From: a virus
Length of the DNA: 64,000 nt
Reading direction: 5' to 3' (one strand)
Virus record (IMG/VR): IMGVR_UViG_3300033571_007537
Location: 1-64,000 of that record
Positions 9,887 to 20,226 of this stretch are shown here, one piece after another. Every line of letters starts with the position of its first letter. The stretch's first letter is position 1. The position numbers and the translations under genes are program-made. A model generated the notes under the pieces. That model worked only from the letters and a program-made list of their open reading frames with translations. It searched no databases and had not been told where the DNA came from.

Positions 9887-12201
9887 TAGCTAAGTTCTCC
9901 TACGTCTACACCGAACTCCGTTACAAGTTCTAGGGTTACGGACTCAGGGAAAGTAGAACCTTCATTAATTGAGACAGAGAAACTGTTAATCTTCCTAAGA
10001 AGTAGGTCGTCTCTTTCTTCCGTATCACTAGCTAAACGAAGCGCGATAAATGGGTCATTTATAATAATTGTACACCAGTCGCCAGGAGAGTAGTCGCCAA
10101 CTGCTGGTGATAGGGAGCCATTTATGTTGATTGAGATGTCAGATAGTGGCGGCCTAGATTCATTTACGTATCTGTAAGCACCCTCATAAAGAATATCTTC
10201 ATCAGCGTTTTGGTCATCACTTGCGCTAGCATCTAGCAGTGGAAAATCAGTTGTAGAGAATCCGTTAAAAGTTGCAGCAGAGTACGGCTGCGAAGCTTCT
10301 CCGCTTAGACCTTCTTTATTTCCAACTAAGAAGAATCGGTTTGCAGCGTTCTCAGCAGATTCACTCATAGTAACTGAGCTAATGTTTCCCGGATACTCAA
10401 AGACAACTTTATCTGCGCCTAGAAGTTGTATTTTAGTTGTGTTATCAATTAGCCCCTCATAAGGCGGGTCGATAGGGATAACTCTAAAAATACGTCTAAA
10501 TTCATTTATATCAGCGTCGTATTCGCAGTCAATTCGATAGTCAAAGCCACCATTACTGTCAGTAAAGGTGTCTAGATATTCTCCTAATGAAATAAGCTCG
10601 AAGCCACGCACTGAAGCTGGAATCTTAGTTATGTCTAAGTTTTCATCGTCGTCGTTAAAAGTTATCCCGATATCAGAGTTTTCTTTGAACGGTCCGTATG
10701 TTTTAACAATAACTTCGGGGTAGGAATACGCTATAGCTCTAGTTAGAGGCTTATCTAGAGGTGTAGACGAGTTCTTAAAGACTACATCCGTATCTACTTG
10801 GAATGTAGTAGTTGATGGGACAACTTGTACTCTATAGGAACCATCATACTTGTGGACAATAGAGGAATCTTTTTTACCAACCTTATAATTTTCAGTCTCA
10901 CTAGGTATACCAGAAATTACTACATAGTCACCAGATGATAGGGTGTGAGCCTCGCTAGTGGTAAATGTAATAGTTTTGTTGATTACTCTCTTTTTAGTGA
11001 GCGAGTATTCCTTTAGAGATATGTCAGTTTCTGAGAAAGAGTTCACCCCAACAAAATACTCAAACGTTACGTCATCAATAATGCTTGAAACATTAAAGTC
11101 CCCGTTTAAGTCTCCACGAACGTTACGTACTACAATCTTTTGACCGACGCTCAAGTTGTGGGCATTAGATGTTCTTAAGATTGCGTATCCCTCTTGACAA
11201 GCAATTGTCTCGACGTCGAGAACGTTATTGACACCAGACTCGATAGCCGAGTTAGGGAACACGCTTCCATCAAAATCCAAAGCCATAGCTTCAATTAGTT
11301 TACGAACATAGTCATAAGTGCTAACAGATATGTCAAGAGTTACGGAATAAGTGCCCGGAGGGATTGAACCATCTAAAGCAGCATAAGCAGCTTTTGCTAA
11401 AGAAACAGTCTTGTCTTTTTCTTTTTTAAAGTTTGCCCAAGCGTTGACCTGAGCAGTAAACGTAGTCGAGTTTGGAACAGACTTAATGGTTCTTGTACCA
11501 TTCATTCTGGCATTGCCGCTACCTTTAATGGTGACAGTATCACCCTTGCGGAAAGTATGGTTGGTGGCAGTTTTGAACTCTACAGTCGCGCTGGAAGCCT
11601 CGGTAGCATCCTTAGTGTCATACTTAGTAATTTTTCTAGACTTAAGTCGATAAAACTTTTCGGCTGGGTCGATGTAAAAGAATGAAGGTCCTGGATTAGC
11701 AAGAATAGAAAAATATCCATTTAGGTTAGCAAGAGATGCATCAGTAAAGGCTAGATATACAGACTGACCCTCTTTAAAGTTATAAGTGCTTCCTAGTTCT
11801 AATTGTATAGACGCATCTCCAGAAGTAGGCACAGTTAGAGTTCCACCAACCTGAGTAGAAAAAGTTCTCCAAAGTTTGCGGTGATGAAAATAGCTAGTGA
11901 ACTCAGAGCCATTGATAGAGAGTGATTTCTCGTTAGCGTCATACTCCCTAGACCAAATAATGCCGCCCCACACGCAGACATTATTCCTCAGCACATATAG
12001 GCCAGTTCTTCCCGGCATAGTGTTGTGGTAGATGTCGCTCTGAGCCAACATGTTTGGGTCTTTGATAGTTCCAGAAAAACCACCAGCACCACGAATAGCT
12101 CGGGTGTAATTAGCCCCCTCAATTGGAAGCTGCCCCAAGATGCGATTGGTTAGCAAATCAGTTACCATGAACTGGTATTTAGGCGTCAATGAGTCTGTCA
12201 T
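9886..12201 (-). CDS. Minor tail protein (baseplate hub-like) with inserted repeat domains
   Basis: N-terminal DLLT...LP...YTR...G.F, VWGGIIW and C-terminal FEYPGNI...GD.C siphovirus hub-type segments; second gene after the tape measure. Confidence 0.75.
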   Translation of the reverse strand: MTDSLTPKYQFMVTDLLTNRILGQLPIEGANYTRAIRGAGGFSGTIKDPNMLAQSDIYHNTMPGRTGLYVLRNNVCVWGGIIWSREYDANEKSLSINGSEFTSYFHHRKLWRTFSTQVGGTLTVPTSGDASIQLELGSTYNFKEGQSVYLAFTDASLANLNGYFSILANPGPSFFYIDPAEKFYRLKSRKITKYDTKDATEASSATVEFKTATNHTFRKGDTVTIKGSGNARMNGTRTIKSVPNSTTFTAQVNAWANFKKEKDKTVSLAKAAYAALDGSIPPGTYSVTLDISVSTYDYVRKLIEAMALDFDGSVFPNSAIESGVNNVLDVETIACQEGYAILRTSNAHNLSVGQKIVVRNVRGDLNGDFNVSSIIDDVTFEYFVGVNSFSETDISLKEYSLTKKRVINKTITFTTSEAHTLSSGDYVVISGIPSETENYKVGKKDSSIVHKYDGSYRVQVVPSTTTFQVDTDVVFKNSSTPLDKPLTRAIAYSYPEVIVKTYGPFKENSDIGITFNDDDENLDITKIPASVRGFELISLGEYLDTFTDSNGGFDYRIDCEYDADINEFRRIFRVIPIDPPYEGLIDNTTKIQLLGADKVVFEYPGNISSVTMSESAENAANRFFLVGNKEGLSGEASQPYSAATFNGFSTTDFPLLDASASDDQNADEDILYEGAYRYVNESRPPLSDISININGSLSPAVGDYSPGDWCTIIINDPFIALRLASDTEERDDLLLRKINSFSVSINEGSTFPESVTLELVTEFGVDVGELS

Positions 12202-12208
12202 AAGGTCC

Positions 12209-15200
12209 TTAAGCTATCCAGCCAGAGCGGTAATACACACTCATTCTACCGTCACCATTGAGCACAACCTCGCCAGCAGTGTTAGATGTGGTGCCATTTA
12301 TTTGGTTAGTTACGTTTGTAGCTGGGCCAGTTTGGTTGTTGTATGTGAACGTAGTTGCATTAGGTACGGTAGTGATTGGGTAAGCTCTTGCAATTGTAGA
12401 TGTTTCGTAGTGTCTACCTACATAGCCAGTGGTGGATGTAAGAGAGCCAGGGCTGGTTAGGTTGTCAAACTGGAAGTGCGTAGTGTTAGCAAATGTAACT
12501 GTTCTAGCACCATTGATAGCAGACTTGTTGCTGTTCATCCACACAACGGTATCTCTAGTAAATCCATGACTAGTTGCCGTAACAGTGACGATGTTACCCG
12601 TACTAGATGCAGCGGTTATAGGGGCTGCTTTAACTAAAGAAAGATTGTCGGAGACAATAGTAAAGAACGTAGCATTAACGTTAGTAACTGTACCTTGAAG
12701 CCCATTAATAGATGAAGTCACGTTCTCTACGTAAACGTAGTCGCCAGTCACCAAGTTGTGATTAGTTTTTGTGTAGAACCAAACTGTAGTACCAGCCACA
12801 GTGTTGTAAGCACTACCACCAGCATTTTTTGTGTAATAAGCAACACGAATTTTATCCGCAGCAAAAGCACGCTCTTGGCTAGCCAAGCTAATAGTTCCAC
12901 TATCAATTGTGGTTACAGTGAAGTGAGTATTGTTTGCTGTAGAGGCTACTGAATACGTTCCATCCACAAATACGTCAGGTTCAGTTACTGAAGTTCCGTA
13001 GATTTGAACAATGTCGTTTGCAACTAAAGCATGGGCCGCAGCGGTTCTAACTGTAAGAGTGTTTCCTGCTCTAGCTACGTTAGCTACAGCAACAGGGTCG
13101 CCCACTCCTGCGTTAAATCCAGCACCAACATTCTCAACTTGAACCAAGTTGTTAGGCTCAAAGCCATGAGGTCTAGTAGTCACTACTGTAACAACGTTTG
13201 CGCTCTTTGTTACAGAACTTGGAGTAGCGTAGACGTCATCCACGGAAACAAGTGCACCAAATGTAGTAGTCGCAATAGATGATGCAGACCCGCCGTTGTC
13301 ATAGGTAAAGCTGTAAGGAGTGGTGGCGGTTATAGGGAATCTTCTAGCCACAGTTGCGCCAGTAACATTTGTAGTTGCCACAGTTGCTGAGCCAATAGTA
13401 GAGAAGGTGATTAGGTTGGCAGATACGTTGACAGCAGTAACCTTTTGAAGCCCATCAACACCATCTAGACCAGAACTAATTCCGTAGATGTTTACAAAAT
13501 TATTTACGTTTAGCCCATGAGCGGTAGTTGTGACGACATTTGCTGTATACCCAGAGCGGCTGTACTGAAGCACTTTAAGAATCTTTTTTGCATACGCGGA
13601 GCCAGTAGGCAGAGTAGTTGTATACACCGTAGCTGAAGACGTGGTTGTCACAGTGAAAGAGTTTGTGGCAGATGAAGCAACGGTATACTCGCCATCTACG
13701 TTCTCAGCATCGACTCCAGAGATTACTACAATGTCTGCCACAGAGAACCCGTGTGAAGTCGAGTTCAAGGTTAGTGTAGTTCCAGAACGGCTGTAAGAAG
13801 AGATTGTCTTACGAGTTGTAGTAGTAAATGTGTCCCCGCTAATGGACGGGACATCACTAACTAGAACAACGTCAGTGGTGCTAAACCCGTGCGGTACTGA
13901 AGTAGTGAGAGTTACTGGTGTAGATACAATACCTTTAGATACTTTATACACATAGATAGGGCTCTGGTTGCTATCATCTAGAGAGACTTCGTTATCTCCA
14001 GGTGCAAGAGTAGTCCAGTCAATAAGTGTGGCTAGCTTTGCACGCTGCTGGAATGTTTCGCCATTGACAGCTACTTCTTGGTTGTAGGTGTCGATTTCTA
14101 GAACATCTGCAGAACGCACAGCGAGCCCAAGGAAAGCTTGTACGTTAGTGTACGTCTCGCTATAAATAGTCGTGTAAGTTATTGTATTACTTATCGTGTT
14201 TACACTGTCGATAAAAAATGTGCCGTTGTAGCGGTCATTGGTGATATTAAACACCGTACCCGTAGTTGAGCTAAGGGAAGTGGTGGCAACGGTAGTAAAA
14301 CTAAAAGCCGCATCGCCACCTCGAGTAATCGAGTACTCTACATTATCAATTCCAGCATCAACGCCAGAAAGAACTACTCTGTCCCCCGTAGAATAGCCGT
14401 GGCTATTTGTTGTGGTAATAACCACCACAGAGCTTCCCGCAGTACGTGAAGCAGTAGCGACCGTACTAGTTTCTAAGAATCTAGTGTAGATTTCATCACC
14501 AGCTTGTAGGTCGCTTACTGTATTTAAAACTAGAGTGGCTACCCCAGATGCCATTGCTTTGTAGGTTACTTCAAGTTCCCTACGAGGACGCAGCGATTGA
14601 GCAAAAGTAATTAAGTCTGCATTGGCATTATTAAAGATAGTAGCACTAGGGCCAACTATTGGACCAGTGACTTCATAGATACCAGAAACAGAGTAGTTAC
14701 CTTTATTGTTTATGGTTACGGTACCAGTCTCACTGTTGTCATAGTTGCTAGCCTTTACGTTAGCAACAAAGTAACCATCTGAACGCTCTGTGTTCCACTC
14801 GTATTTAACTGGGTCCGCAGCCTTGAGGCCGATAGAGAAATCAATTCTTCCACGTGCGTTTACGGTCTCGATGTTTGGCTGACCATTTAGACGAACAAAT
14901 ACTGCACGGGTTGGGTCTTCATTAAACTTTAGCCAAGCTCCCTTACGAACTAAGTCAATAGTTGTAACAAGCTTTTGCTGAGCTGCAGGAACGTGCGTAC
15001 GGTCTGGAACCAAGATAGAGCCAGCAAGAGTTATTAGACGACTTTGGTATCTACCGTTTACGTCATAATCACCATCACCCTGAATACCTCTAGATACATC
15101 AGGAAATTGTGGCTCTGGTAGAGTAAGCCATCCATCGATTCCAGTAAGAATAAAAGCAATACCATCAACATCGATGGTGTTAAATACTAAATTGCCGAGG

Positions 15201-15301
15201 GATATATCAGCGTTGAGCTCGGCACCAGTGAGGTGCGGAACTGGTACAGGAGATAATGCTTTATTGAGAATTGCATTTTCTTGTCCTTGATTAACCGTCA
15301 T
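12209..15301 (-). CDS. Distal tail (Dit-like) protein with many inserted repeat domains
   Basis: Directly after the tape measure; GW....P, R.ITL.G, LKAADP.KY, N.GN and LAPGDN motifs; ends YRSGWIA. Confidence 0.8.
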   Translation of the reverse strand: MTVNQGQENAILNKALSPVPVPHLTGAELNADISLGNLVFNTIDVDGIAFILTGIDGWLTLPEPQFPDVSRGIQGDGDYDVNGRYQSRLITLAGSILVPDRTHVPAAQQKLVTTIDLVRKGAWLKFNEDPTRAVFVRLNGQPNIETVNARGRIDFSIGLKAADPVKYEWNTERSDGYFVANVKASNYDNSETGTVTINNKGNYSVSGIYEVTGPIVGPSATIFNNANADLITFAQSLRPRRELEVTYKAMASGVATLVLNTVSDLQAGDEIYTRFLETSTVATASRTAGSSVVVITTTNSHGYSTGDRVVLSGVDAGIDNVEYSITRGGDAAFSFTTVATTSLSSTTGTVFNITNDRYNGTFFIDSVNTISNTITYTTIYSETYTNVQAFLGLAVRSADVLEIDTYNQEVAVNGETFQQRAKLATLIDWTTLAPGDNEVSLDDSNQSPIYVYKVSKGIVSTPVTLTTSVPHGFSTTDVVLVSDVPSISGDTFTTTTRKTISSYSRSGTTLTLNSTSHGFSVADIVVISGVDAENVDGEYTVASSATNSFTVTTTSSATVYTTTLPTGSAYAKKILKVLQYSRSGYTANVVTTTAHGLNVNNFVNIYGISSGLDGVDGLQKVTAVNVSANLITFSTIGSATVATTNVTGATVARRFPITATTPYSFTYDNGGSASSIATTTFGALVSVDDVYATPSSVTKSANVVTVVTTRPHGFEPNNLVQVENVGAGFNAGVGDPVAVANVARAGNTLTVRTAAAHALVANDIVQIYGTSVTEPDVFVDGTYSVASTANNTHFTVTTIDSGTISLASQERAFAADKIRVAYYTKNAGGSAYNTVAGTTVWFYTKTNHNLVTGDYVYVENVTSSINGLQGTVTNVNATFFTIVSDNLSLVKAAPITAASSTGNIVTVTATSHGFTRDTVVWMNSNKSAINGARTVTFANTTHFQFDNLTSPGSLTSTTGYVGRHYETSTIARAYPITTVPNATTFTYNNQTGPATNVTNQINGTTSNTAGEVVLNGDGRMSVYYRSGWIA

Positions 15302-15304
15302 TTA

Positions 15305-18202
15305 TTAAATCCCTCCAGCGCGAAGTTGGAATGCCAGCTGTCGCGATACGATGTTTGCTAGTTCAGTTTCATTCATTCCAGGTGAAGGGTTAACAGTGAT
15401 GTTGACCCCGCCCCCGCCGCCACCAGATAGTGCAGCAATCATTGCCTTGTCACGCTTAGACATACCGTTCTCGTCTAGAGGCTCGATACGCTCTGGACGT
15501 CCAGCTTCAGCAACGTTAACTAGGGAACCGCCAAGAGATGGTGAAACAACGCCACCTTCGGCTAGACGAGGGAGACTTATTTTTCCCACTTTTGCAATAT
15601 CAAAACCAAGTGACTCTTCTCCATTAAAGAGAGGTCGCAGAAGTTCTGGAATTGGTATCTCTAGCGTATTAATTTTTTCAATAATAAAGTTGAGACCGTC
15701 GATAAAAAAGTTAACAAAACCTTCAGCAAAGCCAATTAGAGTATTGATTACTCCCTTATAGAAATTAAGAATATTGTTGAATACTGTTTTAAAGAATCCA
15801 AATATTGAATCGATTGCTGGTTTAATAAAGTTGATAAAGGCTTGGAACCCATTTGAAATATTCTCCCAGATACCAACAATAAATCCACCAATAGCACCAA
15901 ATACCGTAGTGAAGAAGTCGCCTACAGCCGTTAAAGCTGGCTGCAAGAAGTCAGATAGAGCTTGGAACCCAGCCTTTATACCGTCCCATACTGCTTGAAC
16001 TACTGTGCCAATAAGAACAAATATTATTGTAAATATTGCACCTATTACTTGCAATATTGCACCCATAATTTCAAAAGCTTTTGTAAAGTATGCAACAATT
16101 CCATCAATTACTGGTTGGAAGAAGGCTACTATACCTTCCCAAACACTAACAAAGAAATCACCTATAGCCTTTAGAGCAATCATAATAAAGTCTACAAAGC
16201 CTTGCCAAATTTCTTTCCCTAGCTCAGTCTGCGTGAAGAAGAAAACTAAAGCTGCAATCAGGGCTACCACTGCGGTAACAATTAGACCGATAGGGTTGGC
16301 TATAAATGCGGCCTTAATTGCTATGCCAATTGCCTTAATTACACCTAATAAAAACTTAAATATTTTTACTACTCTACCAATTTGCTTCCCAACAAAAAGA
16401 GCAATTCCAAAGAATGTAGCAAATACTGTTGATGCAACAGTAAGAATCGTTCCTATAGCTAAGAAGAATCCTGTCAGAGGAGCTATGGCGTCTAAAAACG
16501 CTTTTACTTGTTTAATACTCAAAAAGTCAGCGACTACTTTAGCCACCCCAGCAAGTGTTTCGAAGAAGGCCGTTGGTGCCCCAGCGTCAGCAAAAGCTGC
16601 AACAATTTTAGTAACTTGAACTACAAGATTAGCTAGGGCAGGTGCAGCCTTAATACCGTTTTCAAGAATTTCTCCAACAAAAGGAGCACCTTCTGCAAGA
16701 GTATCAAAAAACTCCTTAATTTCAGGCGCAGCGCCAAGGGCAAGGACTTCTTCAAATAGTGACCCAATTGATTTAAATATGGCCACCGTGTTAGTGGCAG
16801 TTCCTTGCAAGAATGTGCGTAACCCGCCAGCATCGTCACCTATGGCAGCAAATCCTGCAGTGGCGTCTATAAGCCATTTAAGAAGGATGTCTCCACCAGA
16901 ACCTGGCTTGAAGGAGTCAGCAATTAAGTCACCAAATCCATCAAAAATATTCTCGAATATCGAACCAAATTGTTTGGCAATTCTAGAAGAGTCTTTAAAA
17001 AACTGGACTAAATCGCCATTGGCTGCGGCACCACTTACCAAGTCTCGGAAGTTTTCAGCGCTGTCTTTAAGCCACCCAGTAAATTGTTCAGTTATTGGGG
17101 CAGCTGCTTCTAGTATAAGAAGCACGGACTCTAGGACAGCTGTAAGAGTGTCTCCTAAATCCTCAATCACTCCTTCAGAATTTTTAAACAAAGTTTCAAA
17201 TAGCTTTATTCCTCTAGAGCTATTTATAAAATCAAAAACTGAGCCTGTAGCATTACCTAAAGCAACACCAATTCCACTAAACATTTTTTCAATAGTAGGG
17301 AAGTTTTTTGTAAAGAGGGTATTTATTTGATTGCCTAAGATTGGCAAGAACCCTTTAGCCACTGCTTCCTTAAGCGCATCAAACTTAGGTTTTAAATCTA
17401 CAAGCGCTTTAGCAAATACTTTTTGAGACTTAGTAAGTCCTTCATATGGGTCAGCCCCAGCAACTCCAGCATTCTGCTTAGGGCCGTTTTGAATCTCTTC
17501 TTGAAGGTCATTGTTGCGGTCAATCGCGCGACGTAGGGCAAGGTCAGCCTGCTCAAAAGAGAGCTCGGCTTCACGTCTAGCCATAGAGTTTGGTGGTAGG
17601 TCTTGGACTCTAGCCAAAGTTTCACGGGCTTTTTCAAGATTTAACGCAGCTTCTTTCTCAGAGAGCGCGGCTTCTTCAGATTCAAATCTAAGTTGCTGCA
17701 TTTCTTCACGAAGCTGAGCAACAGTTCTACCAGTTCTGCCAGCAGCATTGCCGACTTGTTGTAGAGGTCTGGTAACTCCCTCGAGGGCCATACCAGCAAG
17801 TTTCATACCGATGCCAGCACCTACGGCTGCCCCGCCCACTGCCACCAATGCTGGGGCGGCGGCACCAGCAGAGCCAGCCAAAGAGCCTAGTGCCCCTACA
17901 AGAGAACCTATGGAACCTGCAAGAACACCGAAGACAGCTTGAAGCTGAAAACCATTCTTTTGGAGCTTCACGAAAGATTGTCGAGCGGCCTCGGCATTGT
18001 CTGTATTAAATAAGTCACCAAAAATGTCACCAGCATTGGCACCGCTAAAAGCTTTAGAAATGCCGCTTAGGAAAGAATTACCAGACCGACGCCCTTCTTT
18101 GTCGATGTCCCCCTGAGCAGCCTTAATTCCGCGTGAGATTTCATCGGCAACACCAGTTGTGATGGCTCTCACAATAATTTGTGCTTCACCCACTACTGCC
18201 AT
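15305..18202 (-). CDS. Tape measure protein
   Basis: 965 aa, helical, A/G-rich with periodic W/F repeats, ANPIGL and LAEGG...AEAG.PE motifs; follows the tail chaperones. Confidence 0.9.
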   Translation of the reverse strand: MAVVGEAQIIVRAITTGVADEISRGIKAAQGDIDKEGRRSGNSFLSGISKAFSGANAGDIFGDLFNTDNAEAARQSFVKLQKNGFQLQAVFGVLAGSIGSLVGALGSLAGSAGAAAPALVAVGGAAVGAGIGMKLAGMALEGVTRPLQQVGNAAGRTGRTVAQLREEMQQLRFESEEAALSEKEAALNLEKARETLARVQDLPPNSMARREAELSFEQADLALRRAIDRNNDLQEEIQNGPKQNAGVAGADPYEGLTKSQKVFAKALVDLKPKFDALKEAVAKGFLPILGNQINTLFTKNFPTIEKMFSGIGVALGNATGSVFDFINSSRGIKLFETLFKNSEGVIEDLGDTLTAVLESVLLILEAAAPITEQFTGWLKDSAENFRDLVSGAAANGDLVQFFKDSSRIAKQFGSIFENIFDGFGDLIADSFKPGSGGDILLKWLIDATAGFAAIGDDAGGLRTFLQGTATNTVAIFKSIGSLFEEVLALGAAPEIKEFFDTLAEGAPFVGEILENGIKAAPALANLVVQVTKIVAAFADAGAPTAFFETLAGVAKVVADFLSIKQVKAFLDAIAPLTGFFLAIGTILTVASTVFATFFGIALFVGKQIGRVVKIFKFLLGVIKAIGIAIKAAFIANPIGLIVTAVVALIAALVFFFTQTELGKEIWQGFVDFIMIALKAIGDFFVSVWEGIVAFFQPVIDGIVAYFTKAFEIMGAILQVIGAIFTIIFVLIGTVVQAVWDGIKAGFQALSDFLQPALTAVGDFFTTVFGAIGGFIVGIWENISNGFQAFINFIKPAIDSIFGFFKTVFNNILNFYKGVINTLIGFAEGFVNFFIDGLNFIIEKINTLEIPIPELLRPLFNGEESLGFDIAKVGKISLPRLAEGGVVSPSLGGSLVNVAEAGRPERIEPLDENGMSKRDKAMIAALSGGGGGGVNITVNPSPGMNETELANIVSRQLAFQLRAGGI

Positions 18203-18223
18203 AAGCCATCACCTCCTGATGTT

Positions 18224-18658
18224 TTAGCCCAAAGGTCCATCTAAAACGCCTCCAGCCGCGAACCCTGTGTCAGGGTCAAAACTGGTTGGCGGTATGTACG
18301 GTTTGACTGTTTGATTAGTCGAACCCAGGATGCCATCATCGAAATCGAATCCAGCATCTCCAGAAATATAGCTCCGACCACCGCTCCCAGCAGACGAAGC
18401 TCTGCCATTAGAGATAATGCCGTATTTATATTTGGTTTCATATAGTTCGTAGAAGTTTGTTCTAAACTTGGAAGCTGCCTCAGCGTGCTCTCCCGAGTCA
18501 AACCTGAGAGTGTCCTCTTCAAAGAAGAAATGGATGACGTCAAGCATGTCTCTTGCATCTAATTCTCCTAATTTAATTCCACTTACAAGGGCTTTTCCGT
18601 TTATATAGGGCCAGAGATTAATTGCCCAATCGATTAAACCTCTGGCTGCTGATTTGGG
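18224..18658 (-). CDS. Tail assembly chaperone, -1 frameshift extension (GT-like part)
   Basis: The frame of ORF 18224-18547 stays open back to the slippery heptamer CCCAAAT (18652-18658). Confidence 0.75.
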   Translation of the reverse strand, partial: PKSAARGLIDWAINLWPYINGKALVSGIKLGELDARDMLDVIHFFFEEDTLRFDSGEHAEAASKFRTNFYELYETKYKYGIISNGRASSAGSGGRSYISGDAGFDFDDGILGSTNQTVKPYIPPTSFDPDTGFAAGGVLDGPLG

Positions 18659-18969
18659 CGCTTTGTGTATTCTTCAATTAGCCACTGAATAATGTCACTA
18701 AGCGTTTCCATAGTGACGATTCTGTCAGGGTCTACCAGTAGAGATTGAAAGCGAACGTTGCTTTCTTCCAATAGAACATAGTTGAAGAAGCTATCGATTG
18801 TTTTGACTGCAGCTGACGCGTCTTCTTCGTTAGTAGTGGCTGCTAGGCTCATAAGAACCTTGCCCTGAATTGCAGGCTGGCAGAGGAATTCTTCACCGTG
18901 AAGTTTGAAGGATATTGGTTCTTTTGGAGTATCTGAAGAGCCTGAACCAAAGTCTTTGAATCTTGTCAT
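18634..18969 (-). CDS. Tail assembly chaperone (G-like)
   Basis: 111 aa upstream of the tape measure; ends WLIEEYTKRPN with the slippery site. Confidence 0.8.
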   Translation of the reverse strand: MTRFKDFGSGSSDTPKEPISFKLHGEEFLCQPAIQGKVLMSLAATTNEEDASAAVKTIDSFFNYVLLEESNVRFQSLLVDPDRIVTMETLSDIIQWLIEEYTKRPNQQPEV

Positions 18970-19069
18970 GTTATATATCTTTCTCGCTGTATGCGTCTGA
19001 TTGTAGGATTGAAAAGCGTGCGCTTCTCTTTTATTATTCTACCTTAAATTTCAAGTATGGATTGCTTGA

Positions 19070-19486
19070 TTAGCCTCTAAAATGCCTCAGCTGGGAGCGC
19101 AAATACGGATTTGGCTTAGTACCAGGATGGAACACCATGGTTGTATAAACGCTACGACCACCTGCTCTAAAATGTAAAATTTTACCATTTTGTGGAGTTA
19201 TTACGTGAGGCTTTGTACCTTCGTGGTGCATCAGCGCATAAGGTCTGTTTGCGCCGACAGTAACATATTGCCCAGTGGAGTTGCCTAGGTGCCTCCCAGT
19301 TATGTTTTTACGAAGAGCCCCCGTCTTTACTCCAACCATACCCTTAGCCCCAGCGACTGCAAGTTTTTTCTTTTTTTCCAGCCACTTCCACAGGTCTTGT
19401 CGGTCGCCAGAGTGGGGGGTGTTTAAAAATACGCGTAGTTTGTTTCTATCTAGCTTTAAGTTTACAAATTCAATAGAAGTTGCCAT
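19070..19486 (-). CDS. Neck/tail completion protein (HK97 gp10-like)
   Basis: VKTGALR, YA...HEGT.PH.I and HPGTKPNPYL motifs. Confidence 0.75.
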   Translation of the reverse strand: MATSIEFVNLKLDRNKLRVFLNTPHSGDRQDLWKWLEKKKKLAVAGAKGMVGVKTGALRKNITGRHLGNSTGQYVTVGANRPYALMHHEGTKPHVITPQNGKILHFRAGGRSVYTTMVFHPGTKPNPYLRSQLRHFRG

Positions 19487-19487
19487 T

Positions 19488-19994
19488 TTATGGAACCGCT
19501 ATGGTTAGCTGTAGGTTGGTAGAAGTGTAGCCACCCTCTGGACCAATCATGTCAAGAGTAGCAATCACTCCTAGACCGAAGCCAGTTTCGTCCCACTGGT
19601 CTAATTGGTTAATTGATTCCATCATTACCCAAGCATCGACAGCCGAGATGTAAGAAGACTCTTCAATCTTGCTAGCACTTGGTGCCTTACCGCTTTGACC
19701 GATAGTTGGGATTTGTCGTGTAAGAATGACATTGAGTACCGCAGTACGAGGAACGTGACAACGCTGAGGGTCTGTGGCTTGGTCTCCCGGAGTACCGAGA
19801 TACATCTGGGTAAAAGCCACAACTAACTGCTCGCAGTCTAGGGCTGGCTGCCCCATCGTCCAGTACTGACGACTAGGTAGGGTCACGTTGTATGACTGGA
19901 AGGTGTTGCATACTTTCTCAAGTACGCCATCCATCATCTCTTTAAGATTTAATGAATCCGAAGAGAAGTCGCTAATGTTTATAGGAAGAGCCAT
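19488..19994 (-). CDS. Putative tail terminator
   Basis: 168 aa, DCEQL.V and GPEGG motifs; position between adaptor and neck genes. Confidence 0.6.
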   Translation of the reverse strand: MALPINISDFSSDSLNLKEMMDGVLEKVCNTFQSYNVTLPSRQYWTMGQPALDCEQLVVAFTQMYLGTPGDQATDPQRCHVPRTAVLNVILTRQIPTIGQSGKAPSASKIEESSYISAVDAWVMMESINQLDQWDETGFGLGVIATLDMIGPEGGYTSTNLQLTIAVP

Positions 19995-19997
19995 GAG

Positions 19998-20177
19998 CTA
20001 CTCAGCTTCTGGCTGGGCTACCTCTGCTGCTGGAGCTTCTTCAACTACTACAGTCTCTTCGACTACAGGAGCAGCGGCCTTCTTAGGGGCAACCTTTTTA
20101 GGGGCTTCTACAACAACGGCAGGCTTAGCAGTGCCAAGCATGTCCTGAGCTCGGAAGTTGGTTTGGATTTGTGACAT
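19998..20177 (-). CDS. Small A/E/K/P/V-rich protein (59 aa), missing from the ORF track
   Basis: My translation: MSQIQTNFRAQDMLGTAKPAVVVEAPKKVAPKKAAAPVVEETVVVEEAPAAEVAQPEAE; fills the gap and has a GAAAG RBS. Confidence 0.6.
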   Translation of the reverse strand: MSQIQTNFRAQDMLGTAKPAVVVEAPKKVAPKKAAAPVVEETVVVEEAPAAEVAQPEAE

Positions 20178-20226
20178 GAGTTGCTACTTTCTGGTGTTTA
20201 TTGTTTAACCTAGTACTATTGTAATA

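Noticed and set aside
6509-15301. Diversity-generating retroelement acting on tail genes
   Set aside because: No reverse transcriptase and no near-identical TR/VR nucleotide pair; the repeats are diverged protein modules.
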